Shown here piece by piece: positions 1 through 10,487 of a stretch of 64,000 nucleotides of DNA. The translations under genes and the position numbers were made by a program. The notes under the pieces were generated by a model. That model was not told the origin of the DNA and made no database searches. It saw nothing but the letters and a program-made list of their open reading frames with translations. Source of the DNA: a virus; IMG/VR virus record IMGVR_UViG_3300012953_000001, positions 114,430 to 178,429 of that record; one strand, 5' to 3'. How positions within the stretch are numbered: position 1 is the first letter of the stretch; the number at the start of each line of letters is the position of its first letter.

Positions 1-2672
1 TCAGCGCCAAGCAGTACGCGTGTTCCAGCGTTGTCATCCCCTTGGGGGGCTTTATTCGAGAAGTTATAATTACTGCCTGTTTTACGGGCTTTAATTAGAT
101 ATCGTCGGCCCTTCTTATACTCATTAGGACCTAAGACACGATTTGCTGCATCAGGCGATGATTGAATAACCACGCCCCCGGGAACATCTGGATTAGTATT
201 AGTAATAAAAGCCGTGTGTGGTTTACCGTCTTTAGGCGTAACTGGCTTTTTACCATGCCGCGTGTAGGATCTCTCAGTAGTGATCTTGCCATCCTTGGTG
301 TCACCAAATAATCCTGCGTCTTCCCTGTGCCCACGGACTTTTATCAATTGAATAAGTGTCTGTGCGCCACCAGAGACATCGATTGTATGAACGATCTCTG
401 CGATCTGTCCGACGTAGTGCGTTCCTTTAGGTGGGGCAGAGAGATTAACCGTATCTTTGCCTCTGATCTTATCCTTGTTGTCTCCCTCGCCACCAACCGC
501 ATGAAGAATTCGACTGTCTTGCCTAACTGGATCTAACACAAGGCATGGCATCCCAGGGACAAGCTGTGGTGAATACCTAGCTGTGATCGCCATAGTCCTT
601 GTGCCGTATCTCTGGGCAAAGAACATGTAGTTCGCCGCTCTTTGTAGATGCGGTTGTGGTGAGAACTTTGCCTCCCCTGATACAGACCCTTTGTCAAAGC
701 CCTGCAAAGACCCCTTCTCTTCTTTCCACTTCTTCTTGGCCTCTTTCATTTCCTTCTTATGCATCTTCTTGAAAACGTCTCCGTCCCCAAGACCCATGAT
801 GCTAGGAATGATGCCCGTGTACTTCTCGTGCTTCATAACGAAGCCGCCGCCTTTTTTAACGGCCTGTGCGCAGTCTGTTACTGTAGGGCCTGCCAACATT
901 TCCGCATTAGGTGAAAAGTAGCAATCCTTCTTGTTTCTTCCGCTCGAAGTCTTTCCATGAAGCCATAGTCGAGTAATCTCACTCATCCAATTTCGACTAA
1001 AGCGAATTGCCTGGATGTGGTCTGGAAACAAGACATTGCACCTTGGCGGGGGGCACATGTACACGTCCGGGTGGAAATAGGTAGTGTAGAGTCTGTCTCT
1101 AAGCTTTACCTGCTCTCGCTTAGGCACAACAGTTCTACCAGTAGCGGACCCAATGCCTTTCAAGTAGCACTCAAGCTTACGACGTATGTAAAAAAGGTTG
1201 TCCGAGTCGTGCTTGAGCTTGGCCATATTCTTATTTACTGCCGCGTAGTCATTTCCATGCGCGGCCTGCGCTCCCAAAAGTTGGGAGGCACGTATCCTAG
1301 CTTCCGCTAGACATTTATAGGCTTGCTGAATTCTATCCCCACGCTTTCTTAGCGTCTTGTCTCCTGTAGTGGCAGCTTTTTCATTTAGCTCCACTTTGAT
1401 GGCCTGCCCCTTCAGGAAGTAAGGGTCTTTGGTAATGTCTGTAATGTCTGTTCGATCAGTTCCGCTAAGACCACCTGGGTTAGACATGATGCCTGTGCCT
1501 GTATTGGTCTCATCAAACTCTTTGTGCTTGTCAGATCTTAGTTTCCCATCTTCCGCACGTTTGTACGTGTCGTTGGCGATCTGAGAGGACTCCCCAGGCT
1601 TTCGGTCGATTGTTCGACGATCCTTAAGAGCGTCTGATGTCTGCTTATTTCCTAGAGAGTACGTCTTTTTAGCGGCCTTCTCGTCAGCACTTAGCTTCCC
1701 GTTGTGCGTAAACTTCGCCTTGCCGCTCAGAACATATTCCGTGGTAATTACCGCAGAGTCAGAAAAGTAAGGGGGTGCAAGCTGTGAGTGCCATGTGTGG
1801 TAAATCTTACCGCATAGCATGTTTATGAACTGCATAAAGGTCGCAGTGTACTTCACCTGCTTGGATACTTTTCTCAAGTAACGCTTAAACGACTTACTGT
1901 TCGTAAACGTAGCGGAAGTATCGTCGTCTGTTGACGCCCCAATCTGCCTAGTCAGTTTTAGACGTATCTCTGCCTGACTAAGAAAGTCATTACACCCATG
2001 AAACTTCTTTTTAGCATCAGGAGAGTAACAACCGGTCGCTGCCTCAAGTACGGAAAAGATACCACCCATTAACCCTGGGACATTGGGCATCGCTGAGGGC
2101 TTTGCCTGTAGTAATTTAATCAGGTCCCCAGAGCTATCAACCTTACTCTTTCCTCTGTAAAGCTGAGTCGCGCCCGAGAACACTGCTGTCTTATAGGAGT
2201 TGAACACGCTGGAACGCTTCTTACCCCAGTAGACTCGACAGTTGTCCCAGTAGGATGTGTGGTCTTGGCATGCCAGTATGATGTCGCGTCGGCCACCTAT
2301 CTTTGAAAAAGAGTAGCCCATGACTTCACCGACAAATAGCAACTTCCAGTTGTGCCAGTTGTCCTTATCTCGCAACAGGGTGGCGACACCCTTTTCCTTC
2401 GCCTTAGCGAGGTCTTCACCAGACTCTTGCCAATTAGTTTTTGTGGCATCTTTGCCTCGATAAGTACCAAGCTCCCAGCGAGAATCGAAGTAGAACACAT
2501 GCACAAGCGTTCTTGGGAGTAAACTATGTACCTCATCACAGCTAGGAATAGTAATCGTAGCTGTGGCAGGCTGATTCACCCCACACGAGAGCTTCAAAGA
2601 GGTAACATCTACCTCAATACCCTCCATAAACAAGCGGACATCTAGCCGCCTTGCGTGTGTAGTTGACTCCAT
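1..2672 (-). CDS. large virion protein, baseplate hub/tail-associated (3' end truncated, >890 aa)
   Basis: ATG at 2672 overlaps the upstream TAA. The frame has no stop to the window edge (most of it translated by hand), which explains its absence from the ORF track. Motifs PPPRCNVLFP, HEKYTGIIP and PQLVPGMP resemble large-phage hub proteins; tail-gene context. Confidence 0.6.
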   Translation of the reverse strand, partial: MESTTHARRLDVRLFMEGIEVDVTSLKLSCGVNQPATATITIPSCDEVHSLLPRTLVHVFYFDSRWELGTYRGKDATKTNWQESGEDLAKAKEKGVATLLRDKDNWHNWKLLFVGEVMGYSFSKIGGRRDIILACQDHTSYWDNCRVYWGKKRSSVFNSYKTAVFSGATQLYRGKSKVDSSGDLIKLLQAKPSAMPNVPGLMGGIFSVLEAATGCYSPDAKKKFHGCNDFLSQAEIRLKLTRQIGASTDDDTSATFTNSKSFKRYLRKVSKQVKYTATFMQFINMLCGKIYHTWHSQLAPPYFSDSAVITTEYVLSGKAKFTHNGKLSADEKAAKKTYSLGNKQTSDALKDRRTIDRKPGESSQIANDTYKRAEDGKLRSDKHKEFDETNTGTGIMSNPGGLSGTDRTDITDITKDPYFLKGQAIKVELNEKAATTGDKTLRKRGDRIQQAYKCLAEARIRASQLLGAQAAHGNDYAAVNKNMAKLKHDSDNLFYIRRKLECYLKGIGSATGRTVVPKREQVKLRDRLYTTYFHPDVYMCPPPRCNVLFPDHIQAIRFSRNWMSEITRLWLHGKTSSGRNKKDCYFSPNAEMLAGPTVTDCAQAVKKGGGFVMKHEKYTGIIPSIMGLGDGDVFKKMHKKEMKEAKKKWKEEKGSLQGFDKGSVSGEAKFSPQPHLQRAANYMFFAQRYGTRTMAITARYSPQLVPGMPCLVLDPVRQDSRILHAVGGEGDNKDKIRGKDTVNLSAPPKGTHYVGQIAEIVHTIDVSGGAQTLIQLIKVRGHREDAGLFGDTKDGKITTERSYTRHGKKPVTPKDGKPHTAFITNTNPDVPGGVVIQSSPDAANRVLGPNEYKKGRRYLIKARKTGSNYNFSNKAPQGDDNAGTRVLLGA

Positions 2673-3076
2673 TAATCTGTCGGGCCTTGTTGAGCGTGGT
2701 CAAAAGTCGGTGCTTTACCGCGTAGTCTAGTAGGTACTCGCTTCTCTCTATGGCCTTTCGGCTCCTCTGGAAGCTTTGGTGGTTCGGCCATCGTTGGTTG
2801 ATGGACTCCCATGTCGCTCAAAAGGTACTTTAGGGTCACCTGCTGTAAGCTAAGAGTGTGCTCTAGGTTATCCATCCTCTTAGCATTATCATCAACATCC
2901 TCACTAATTTTATCTAGTGTGTCCGCCAGAGCCCGGTAGCTCCGCTTGTTCATCTGTTTGCTTTCGACGACAGCGCCATGATTTACGGAGTACCTATTTA
3001 TCAAAGACGTACCTAAACCGGATAGCCCGGTAATAAGTGCTACGATTACTGCTGATGTTGTTCTATCGATCTTCAT
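2672..3076 (-). CDS. membrane-anchored coiled-coil protein (holin/spanin-like, unproven)
   Basis: Probable ATG at 3076 after AGGGGAG; N-terminal hydrophobic helix followed by a heptad-like segment. Confidence 0.45.
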   Translation of the reverse strand: MKIDRTTSAVIVALITGLSGLGTSLINRYSVNHGAVVESKQMNKRSYRALADTLDKISEDVDDNAKRMDNLEHTLSLQQVTLKYLLSDMGVHQPTMAEPPKLPEEPKGHREKRVPTRLRGKAPTFDHAQQGPTD

Positions 3077-3089
3077 TATACCCTCTCCC

Positions 3090-4952
3090 CTAGAAGTCCG
3101 TAATCGGACTACTGCCAGCATCAAAGCTGCCAGCCTCGTATTGTCCCCAGGTATTATTTGAATCTGTTACGAATGAGGAGCCGGTTTGAGCGCCAGTAGC
3201 AGCGTCGTACCCACTAGTTGCGCCAAGTCCAAGTACCTGCGTGGTGCCTAGCCCCTCGTTCCCATACTGGATTACATCTTCTAGTGGCTTCATCTGCACA
3301 AGAGTCGCTGCTCCAGGCACAGCCTTGCTATATGCGGTCTCTCTTGTATCGTCACCGAGTCTGCCTGCACCTATAGAAAAGGCCATCGCGCCAAGCATTC
3401 TATCGATACTTCCAGACATGAAAGCTTCGCTCATGTTCTCCCCAAAGCCAGCAGGGGCACCAATCCAGTTTGGGTTGTTCTGCGTAGACCCTGGTCCGCC
3501 AGAACCCTGAGTCCCCCCGCCCATGGCCTGCATCTCTGCTGGTGATCTTTGCCCTGGCGCGTATCCTGAGGTATCTGTACCGGCACGACTTTTGACAGAT
3601 ATCCGGTCAACTACATTAGCGATAAATCCGAACCAAGCGTTGATCTCTCCACGCTGGACGCCCATGCCTTTCTCCGCTTCACCAATTCCAGCCTTGGCCC
3701 AAAACTTGAGACTATTATAGGCAAATTGGCGACCCCAATTAGTTAAAAACTGGTTGCCGATAGAGTCGCTCACAGCATAACTAAGCAACCCTTTGCCCAT
3801 ACCGTCGATAAGGTCTGATAAAGCCGCCCCTGTAAACCTAGAAAAGGCTTGGGCTGTTTCACTGTCGCCTGCCCACGCACTCATTGCTCTATTAACAGCA
3901 CCACCAGCCTGGGTTGCTCCGTAAGGACCAATGTACTCCAGTCCATGATTACTTCTAAAGAACTGCGCCAAGTCATCCGTCTTACCTGCTGACCCTGGTC
4001 CGCCAGTGTACCCGCCACGAATTCTGGAAATACGCGCTCTCTGCTGAGCCATGAAGCCTGATTGGGCGGAAGTGTTGATGTAGTTAGTCACATAGAACGT
4101 AAACTGGAAGGTCATGGCGTTCGGACTATCAGCGGTCTCAGCCGCTGCTGCGTTGATTGGGTATCCCTCAACAACAATATCTTCCCAGCCAATGTACATT
4201 CTAGCGCCTAGCTCAATGAGCTTCGTGGCGCGAAAATATCGATCCCAGTTCTCCCAAAAAACTGCTCGCCAGTTGTAATCCAAGCTGTTCAACAGCAAAC
4301 CTTGGAATTGCAAAGCTCTAGGTCTTTCACCAAAAGCATACAAGTAGGTATCGCCAAAGGTCTCTACTACCTGGGTTCTTTCCATGCGCTGCTCTCGGAC
4401 TGATTGCAAAATCCAGTCTGTCCAGGCAGCTTTATTAGGAGGGTTTTTGGGTTGATCTGGTTTATCTTCTTTTGGGGGTGTGGAACCAAAGCTTAGGTTA
4501 GGCACGGGGATATCTGGGATTGCTATCCCGGTAGCAGGCCCTTTTAAGTATGTACCACCGCCAGCACCAGTCACAACGTCTTCTAGCTTTTGTTGTGTGT
4601 ACTTCTCATCCTTGTCTCCGTACTTCCCGCTTCCATACTGCCCTGACAGGGATAGCTGCTCTTCTGACTTGCCTAATCCCACCCCTAACTGATTGAAAAG
4701 ATAGACCGGGGTGCCGTTCTCTCTAAGTACTTGTACAAATGCATGTGTGTTGGGCTTAACTGACATCCCATTAACGGGCCTACTTACTGTAGCAATATCG
4801 TTAAGGTCCCAACCACGGGCAGTAGCTGCTTCTGCTTGGGCTTTTAATGTGTCTTTACTAGACTGCCCATACTGAGGGATGTACGCAGACACCGTATTGG
4901 CAGTCCCAATAAACGCGTCGGGTTCAATTAAAACTAACGGTGTCTTCGACAT
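3090..4952 (-). CDS. virion structural protein, tail-tube-like/baseplate domain with Gly-rich tail
   Basis: 620 aa; LQSVREQRMERTQVVETFGDTYLYAFGERPR is typical of large-phage baseplate/tube-fold proteins. Confidence 0.5.
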   Translation of the reverse strand: MSKTPLVLIEPDAFIGTANTVSAYIPQYGQSSKDTLKAQAEAATARGWDLNDIATVSRPVNGMSVKPNTHAFVQVLRENGTPVYLFNQLGVGLGKSEEQLSLSGQYGSGKYGDKDEKYTQQKLEDVVTGAGGGTYLKGPATGIAIPDIPVPNLSFGSTPPKEDKPDQPKNPPNKAAWTDWILQSVREQRMERTQVVETFGDTYLYAFGERPRALQFQGLLLNSLDYNWRAVFWENWDRYFRATKLIELGARMYIGWEDIVVEGYPINAAAAETADSPNAMTFQFTFYVTNYINTSAQSGFMAQQRARISRIRGGYTGGPGSAGKTDDLAQFFRSNHGLEYIGPYGATQAGGAVNRAMSAWAGDSETAQAFSRFTGAALSDLIDGMGKGLLSYAVSDSIGNQFLTNWGRQFAYNSLKFWAKAGIGEAEKGMGVQRGEINAWFGFIANVVDRISVKSRAGTDTSGYAPGQRSPAEMQAMGGGTQGSGGPGSTQNNPNWIGAPAGFGENMSEAFMSGSIDRMLGAMAFSIGAGRLGDDTRETAYSKAVPGAATLVQMKPLEDVIQYGNEGLGTTQVLGLGATSGYDAATGAQTGSSFVTDSNNTWGQYEAGSFDAGSSPITDF

Positions 4953-4955
4953 TAT

Positions 4956-5168
4956 TTACTCCTCAGAAGTAAGCTGCATCGCCCTAAAAGCAGACCCACC
5001 TAACGATGGTCCGTCTTTGCCAAACGTATCACTGGTAATATTATCAACCGGCTCTACGGCTTGGGATACTTCCTCAGGAATATATTGTTGGTTGCGTTGG
5101 ATCCCTACGCCGCCCTGAATATTTTCCATCTCATCTCGCATAGCGATGAGAGTTTTTAGATCAAGCAT
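4956..5168 (-). CDS. small hypothetical protein with MRDEMENI leader variant
   Basis: 70 aa in an operon; N-terminus resembles that of 7587..8381. Confidence 0.55.
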   Translation of the reverse strand: MLDLKTLIAMRDEMENIQGGVGIQRNQQYIPEEVSQAVEPVDNITSDTFGKDGPSLGGSAFRAMQLTSEE

Positions 5169-5281
5169 ATCAGTTTCCGACTGTTACAAGCACAAGCATG
5201 ATTGCGGCGTGTACTGAATAAGACATAAAAAGGAACTTATAGAACAGCACATCGTCTGAGCGTCTTCGGTTCATAATAAAG

Positions 5282-6703
5282 TCATGTTTTGAGACCATAC
5301 CTATCTCCTGCATCATAATTATCGGGCACAGCGATACCGACCTCTTTCATCCTCGATTCAATCGCAGACGTAGCGGTCGAGCGCCCTTTGTTAAAGTGCT
5401 CATTCTCATGAGCGTACGCTAAAAGTTCATCAAGCTCTCCCCTGCCTAGTGCTTCTGTTAGCTCAGAAACAGTGGAGCCTGCTAACTCAGTCAACTTGAT
5501 TCGCTGTTCGGTCGAAGGGGTCGTAACCTCTTCCGGGGCTACCTTATTAAGAGAGCCGCCCAAACGCGAAAAATTTCGAAGTAACGCTTTTTGAGCCGAA
5601 GCAGCCGTTGAAGCAAGGTCTGCGAGTTTCTCAGCTGTGGTCGTTTCTTCTTCAGACGCAGAAGACCTAATAGCCTCAAGATCCGCTGCTCTCTTGGCAC
5701 GAGCCTCCTCAGCCTGGGCAACGTATGAGGCATTGTATGCCTCAGCGAACTTTGCTGACGCGACTTCAACCGTATCGGAACTATCCCAATCATCTCCTAC
5801 CGCTGCGGCCATAAGGGCCACGCGACCAGCGGGAAGCGCCTCAGCTACCGTACTAACAGTAGTGGTGCGTTCTTCCGCTTCCGATGGCAGAGTTATCTCC
5901 CTAGGTTGGAATCCAAAAGGTGGTATGGGGGTGTTTATAATACCCTCCGCACCAAAGGACCTAAGAGTCTTTCCTGTGGAAGCTGGTTTGGCGAACCGAT
6001 CACTACCGCCCGGAGTTGCCATCCTCTCAATCCTAGCAGGAGGCTCAAACCCAGCAGCGGAAAAAGCGGCACCGCGCCTTTTGGTACTGAGATCCAAGAA
6101 GTCCTGGTACTGCGACCAGTTGATTCCTAATCTGCTTTCGATGTTCTCCGCCGTAAGAGACCCTTTGTCTAAAGCCTTAGCCATCCCAGTGGTCTCTGGG
6201 CCAAAGCCTTGAGAAGCAAGGTGCGCTTGTACCTCAGGGATAAGTTGTAGGGCAGGCGCTCTACCAAAGACTAAAAACCTGTACCCGTTGGCATCAAGCT
6301 CTCCTGCATCACGCATAGTTGCGGCAACCACCGCAGTCATCTCGCGGCCACCAAGAGCTTCCCGCGCATCATCGACACCGCTGTAAGTGTCCGGGTCATT
6401 TAGTACTGCTAATGCAGTTATGCGCTCAGCCTGGAATCCGGTCTCCAGCTTTGCGGCAAGGCCTTCATCAGACTCAGATAACGTCAGTATCGTAGATACA
6501 ATGCTGGACTCAAGCTCTAAACCAGAGACTTCATAGGCCGATGCAATAGCTGCTGCGTTCGGTGATGTGGACTCCGAGATAAGCGACGTGAACACCTCAG
6601 AGGCGTAAGTCAACCTCGATTCCGTCGTCAAGGTGTCACCCACTGCCGTAGCCACGGAAACTAAATTCGCAGCACTGGATACTGCACCTTCATCAATCGC
6701 CAT
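5282..6703 (-). CDS. acidic Ala-rich hypothetical protein
   Basis: 473-aa ORF in the virion gene block; no catalytic motif recognised. Confidence 0.65.
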   Translation of the reverse strand: MAIDEGAVSSAANLVSVATAVGDTLTTESRLTYASEVFTSLISESTSPNAAAIASAYEVSGLELESSIVSTILTLSESDEGLAAKLETGFQAERITALAVLNDPDTYSGVDDAREALGGREMTAVVAATMRDAGELDANGYRFLVFGRAPALQLIPEVQAHLASQGFGPETTGMAKALDKGSLTAENIESRLGINWSQYQDFLDLSTKRRGAAFSAAGFEPPARIERMATPGGSDRFAKPASTGKTLRSFGAEGIINTPIPPFGFQPREITLPSEAEERTTTVSTVAEALPAGRVALMAAAVGDDWDSSDTVEVASAKFAEAYNASYVAQAEEARAKRAADLEAIRSSASEEETTTAEKLADLASTAASAQKALLRNFSRLGGSLNKVAPEEVTTPSTEQRIKLTELAGSTVSELTEALGRGELDELLAYAHENEHFNKGRSTATSAIESRMKEVGIAVPDNYDAGDRYGLKT

Positions 6704-6724
6704 CTCTTTGTCCTCCGATAGTTA

Positions 6725-6907
6725 CTAAGCGTTACGCTCTTCCTGAACCTGCTTACGCAACTCTTTGCACTTAGTCGCAACCGTTTGTAGGACTTTTCGC
6801 ACTCTTCCGCCAGCAGCATTGTTACCGTCTCCATGCTTGTTGGCATCAACAAGGGATTCGGCTAATACATGAATCATGTCTTCCATCTGTTTTTCTACGC
6901 TCTTCAT
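6725..6907 (-). CDS. histone H1-like Hc1-family protein
   Basis: 60 aa with D..KHGDGNNAAGGRVRKVL..LRK, the signature of the Hc1 N-terminal domain. Confidence 0.7.
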   Translation of the reverse strand: MKSVEKQMEDMIHVLAESLVDANKHGDGNNAAGGRVRKVLQTVATKCKELRKQVQEERNA

Positions 6908-6908
6908 A

Positions 6909-7577
6909 CTATCCTCCTATTTTCGTGTTAGGCATTCGAGCAAAACCAATTAACCTAGTTTCTCTATCAAGATCGTGGGTTAATCGTTTTACGTGGGAGG
7001 GAAATCTCCCAACGTTTCCTTCTATTGTTTCTATCACACCGTGCTGATAATTCTCAATAATTCCAATGTGGCCTTGCCAAGACCCAGGCTTTCCTCGATC
7101 CCAGCATACGATATCGCCTGCTGCTGGTATCGTTACCTCAGACCCCGCTTCTTTGATATACTTGTACAGCGCTTTCGCTCCGTGACTAGTTTTGAAGGGA
7201 AGGTCAACGCCGAGACTATCCGCTGCAACCATACAGCAGTAACTAACGAAACTAGCACACCAAGCACCATCATCATCAGGATTGCCGTCGTCAGGAATTC
7301 CTTTATAGCGAGCGATATGCTCCCCAGAGTTGTTACCACCAATTTCACCATTGCCGATCTCCTTGATAGCTGTTTCTAAAGCCATGAGACCGAGATTACT
7401 TGTGGGACCACTATTACCAAACATATCTAATAATAATGACTGCTGGGTTTGTGGGCCGCAGTAACCATCAACAGACAAGCCCTTGCTTTCCTGCCAATGT
7501 TTAACGAGATGCATTATCTGCTCTTGGGTAAACAGCCCAAGCTCGATTTGGTGTTTATTATATGATTCTGCGCTCAT
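6909..7577 (-). CDS. peptidoglycan-binding + CHAP domain lysin
   Basis: WQESKGLSVDGYCGPQT (PG-binding); WCASFVSYC, GHIGII and IEGN (CHAP). Confidence 0.85.
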   Translation of the reverse strand: MSAESYNKHQIELGLFTQEQIMHLVKHWQESKGLSVDGYCGPQTQQSLLLDMFGNSGPTSNLGLMALETAIKEIGNGEIGGNNSGEHIARYKGIPDDGNPDDDGAWCASFVSYCCMVAADSLGVDLPFKTSHGAKALYKYIKEAGSEVTIPAAGDIVCWDRGKPGSWQGHIGIIENYQHGVIETIEGNVGRFPSHVKRLTHDLDRETRLIGFARMPNTKIGG

Positions 7578-7586
7578 ACGTATCCT

Positions 7587-8381
7587 TTAAAAATTCATCC
7601 TGAATAAGTTGCCCTGCCCAGTGGGGCTAAATGGCAATACGCCTGTATTCTTTTGTCCAAAAGGGTTGAACTTTTGTCCAGCCCTAGGGGCTCTTGGAGT
7701 AGCCGGTGGCTTAGCCGGTCTTGTGATGCCTGAATTTGGGTACATGGGCGTTCTCGCCCTCATCAAACTGTTTGGCCCTGCGGCACTAGTCGCATTGGGT
7801 GACGGGGGCGTAGGCATCTTGGGGATCTTCAGCTTTAGCTTCGAGACAAGCGAAAGATTTTTACTCCAAGGGTGGGGTCCAGCCCTTACCGGAGTATGCG
7901 TTGGTCCCGTTGGTCTATTGAGTACGTTTGGTGCTGACTTACCTACCACTCTAGTTGGTTGACTGTATCCCCCAGGGGTAGTCTTGGTCCCAGATAAGGG
8001 TGGGGAAAGCATGGAGCCCTGTAGCAACTCCCCAGGACCACGCATACCAACTGGTTTAGATGAGTCCATGTACCTACTCTGCCTATTAGTAGCTACTGCT
8101 TTTGCTTTTTGGTGCTTAGCTTGGATCTTATTCTGGATCCCTGTCCCTAATGCACCACCCTTACTACCGTAATTGCCTGGAGCTTTAGGCATGTCAAATG
8201 CTTTGCCTCCGGGATGCGGCTTAGGGTTCTTAGTGCCATCCTTTACCACAGGTCTTGGGCGAGCTTTTCTTGGGGAATACGCGACCTTCTCCAACAGACC
8301 GAGGACATAATTGTCCGCAATCTTGGCTACAGCTATTTTTTCAAGCTCATCCCGCATTGACCTAAGAATAGACACGTTCAT
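7587..8381 (-). CDS. basic Pro/Gly/Lys-rich protein with ELEKIA/LEKVA leader
   Basis: 264 aa, low complexity, leader motif present twice. Confidence 0.6.
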   Translation of the reverse strand: MNVSILRSMRDELEKIAVAKIADNYVLGLLEKVAYSPRKARPRPVVKDGTKNPKPHPGGKAFDMPKAPGNYGSKGGALGTGIQNKIQAKHQKAKAVATNRQSRYMDSSKPVGMRGPGELLQGSMLSPPLSGTKTTPGGYSQPTRVVGKSAPNVLNRPTGPTHTPVRAGPHPWSKNLSLVSKLKLKIPKMPTPPSPNATSAAGPNSLMRARTPMYPNSGITRPAKPPATPRAPRAGQKFNPFGQKNTGVLPFSPTGQGNLFRMNF

Positions 8382-8386
8382 TGCAA

Positions 8387-9304
8387 TTAACCCTTTTGCA
8401 TTTTTCGGGCTAATTCAAGCAGTTTATCCTGAACACCCTTCTTACCGCCCAACTCACCACGAGTGCTTAGTGGAACCGAGATAGACCCGTCTCGCTTCAT
8501 ACGGTCAATCGCTTTATCTCCAAAGCGCTTTCTCCAAGCCTTCTCCATTGCGGGAGACAGCTTCGAAGCCGATGTGTCTGGCATAAAGAACGCGCCCATT
8601 GGGTTTCTTTTGCCTCGCTTCGGTTGCATATTAATAATGTCTTTCGCCCCCATCATCTTATGCAGTCTTCGTCTACCAAAGAAGCCAAGGGTTGGAGTAT
8701 CTTTAATGCCCTTCTTCAAGGCTGATACGGCTAACATCTGTGGCCCCATCCCCACTAATTTTGCCTTGAGCATCGGGCTCAACGTGGACTCGCCCTTTCT
8801 AGCAGCCTTAGCCCCCAACGCAGCGGCAGCAACATTACCAGAAGCCCCAGAGAGATAAGTCGTGTAAGCCCACAACAGATCCCTTCGCGCCTTCTTGTAT
8901 GTTTTTGGTGCAATACCTTTGAGCTTCTTTAGAGCCTTAAGTCCATGGTACGTGGCCAAGAATTCTTCTGCCAGTCTGGGTGCTTCCCCTGCGGCTTGAA
9001 CTGCGCCATCTTGAACCATGTGTTTTCGTAGTTCTTTCTTACTTGGGGCCTTTCCAACGCCACGAGAATACCGACGATACTTGTTAATTAGTTGAGAGAC
9101 CCCTGGGCCTGCTCCATAACCAAGCATCCGAAGCTTTCGAACAGTTTTGCTTGAGCCTCTTAACGTCTTTGCATGCCCAAGCTCATGTGCAAGGATAGAT
9201 GCAGGCGCTCTATGAGGAGTGCCTTTTCGTACAAGAGTCTCTAGCCCTCTACCCATCATCTGTTTTAGTGCGCTCTTCGCAGCATACTTCTCTAATGCGT
9301 TCAT
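8387..9304 (-). CDS. basic HExxH zinc-metallopeptidase-like protein with LEKYA leader
   Basis: LAHELGHA plus distal EEFLA and AYTTY, the layout of YugP-like neutral Zn peptidases. Confidence 0.6.
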   Translation of the reverse strand: MNALEKYAAKSALKQMMGRGLETLVRKGTPHRAPASILAHELGHAKTLRGSSKTVRKLRMLGYGAGPGVSQLINKYRRYSRGVGKAPSKKELRKHMVQDGAVQAAGEAPRLAEEFLATYHGLKALKKLKGIAPKTYKKARRDLLWAYTTYLSGASGNVAAAALGAKAARKGESTLSPMLKAKLVGMGPQMLAVSALKKGIKDTPTLGFFGRRRLHKMMGAKDIINMQPKRGKRNPMGAFFMPDTSASKLSPAMEKAWRKRFGDKAIDRMKRDGSISVPLSTRGELGGKKGVQDKLLELARKMQKG

Positions 9305-9852
9305 TAAAATGTCCCCTGTATATTACCGGTAAAGTAGGGTTTTCGTTGGTTCCGACCTGCTCCTACTGGCAACCGCGCCCCAATATTACCACGAATATTC
9401 TTTGATAATCTTCCGCCCCAACCCATGTTTAAGGTGCTTGGTCGTCCACCCGACAAGGTGGTCCCAACGCTAAGTGGACCGGCTTTCACGCCTAAGTTAG
9501 TCATAGACTTCTTCGGCATTACATCTCGCCAAGTCATTCCGACCGGCGCTCCGCTTCTGGCTAAACTTCGATTGATAGAGAGACGCTGCAAGTTATCAGT
9601 TGCGCCCTGACCCCTAGCCATAATGCCTTGTAATCCCTTAGTAGGTCTTTCCATTTTGCTAAGAGAGGTCATCGGGTTGCTTGAATGAGAAGCTGTCACC
9701 TTAACGGGTGACTTAGAGTACGCCTTGCCAATCCCAGAAAGGGTGGCCCCAACAGACGAACTAACTGTTGGCTTAGCCAAAATCTTCTTAGCTATCTCGG
9801 CTAACTTGGTAGTTAGCTTTCGCTTGGACGCGTATTTCTCTAAGGCGTTCAC
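9304..9852 (-). CDS. basic protein with LEKYA leader
   Basis: Probable GTG start at 9852, just after the upstream stop, giving MNALEKYASKRKL. Confidence 0.6.
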   Translation of the reverse strand: MNALEKYASKRKLTTKLAEIAKKILAKPTVSSSVGATLSGIGKAYSKSPVKVTASHSSNPMTSLSKMERPTKGLQGIMARGQGATDNLQRLSINRSLARSGAPVGMTWRDVMPKKSMTNLGVKAGPLSVGTTLSGGRPSTLNMGWGGRLSKNIRGNIGARLPVGAGRNQRKPYFTGNIQGTF

Positions 9853-9854
9853 GG

Positions 9855-10487
9855 TTATGACCCCTTTACCCATTTCTGGTTGTCTTTGTCTTTCGTCTTG
9901 CTTGGGCTCCACTTGACCTTATCCGCCCAATAAGCCGCACTCAAACGACCCTTGGAAATGTTCTTGCCGTGGCGGGACTTAAACGCCTTGCGTTGACCAG
10001 CGGTCTGGTTGGTCTTCACGCCCTGCTGCCCAAAGCGGATAGTCTTTACTTGGTCACCCTCTTTAGCAACAACGATGTGAGACTTAGTAGGGTGATTAGG
10101 TGTGCGCTTAGGCTTGTTGTAGCCAGAAACACCAGCACGTTCTAGCCGTGGGTCTCTCGAAGCGGCAATCTTAGCCCAAGCCTTCTTGGTCTTCTCGTCT
10201 TTAGGGACCACTCTCTCACCCTTATGCACACGAGCGTATGGCTTGCCCTTCTTGTCGGTCAAATAGCCATCCTTCTTCACGGGTCCGCCCTTGGAATAAC
10301 CAGCTAGTCCGCTACCCTTCATCATCCGTTGGGTGAAATTGGAGTTCCCCATCATGGCGATTTTCAGCTTGTCACTGACAGCCTGAAGACGTTCGGCTTG
10401 ACTTTTATGCATCTTGGAAGCCCCGTGAAGTTCCTTAACAATCTTCTTGAGCTTCTTCTTAGCGGCATATTTCTCTAGCGATCTCAT
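9855..10487 (-). CDS. basic protein with LEKYA leader and conserved phage C-terminal domain
   Basis: ATG at 10487 in an ATGA overlap; the IRFGQQG..RKAFKSRH..SAAYWA domain is widespread in phages, function unknown. Confidence 0.65.
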   Translation of the reverse strand: MRSLEKYAAKKKLKKIVKELHGASKMHKSQAERLQAVSDKLKIAMMGNSNFTQRMMKGSGLAGYSKGGPVKKDGYLTDKKGKPYARVHKGERVVPKDEKTKKAWAKIAASRDPRLERAGVSGYNKPKRTPNHPTKSHIVVAKEGDQVKTIRFGQQGVKTNQTAGQRKAFKSRHGKNISKGRLSAAYWADKVKWSPSKTKDKDNQKWVKGS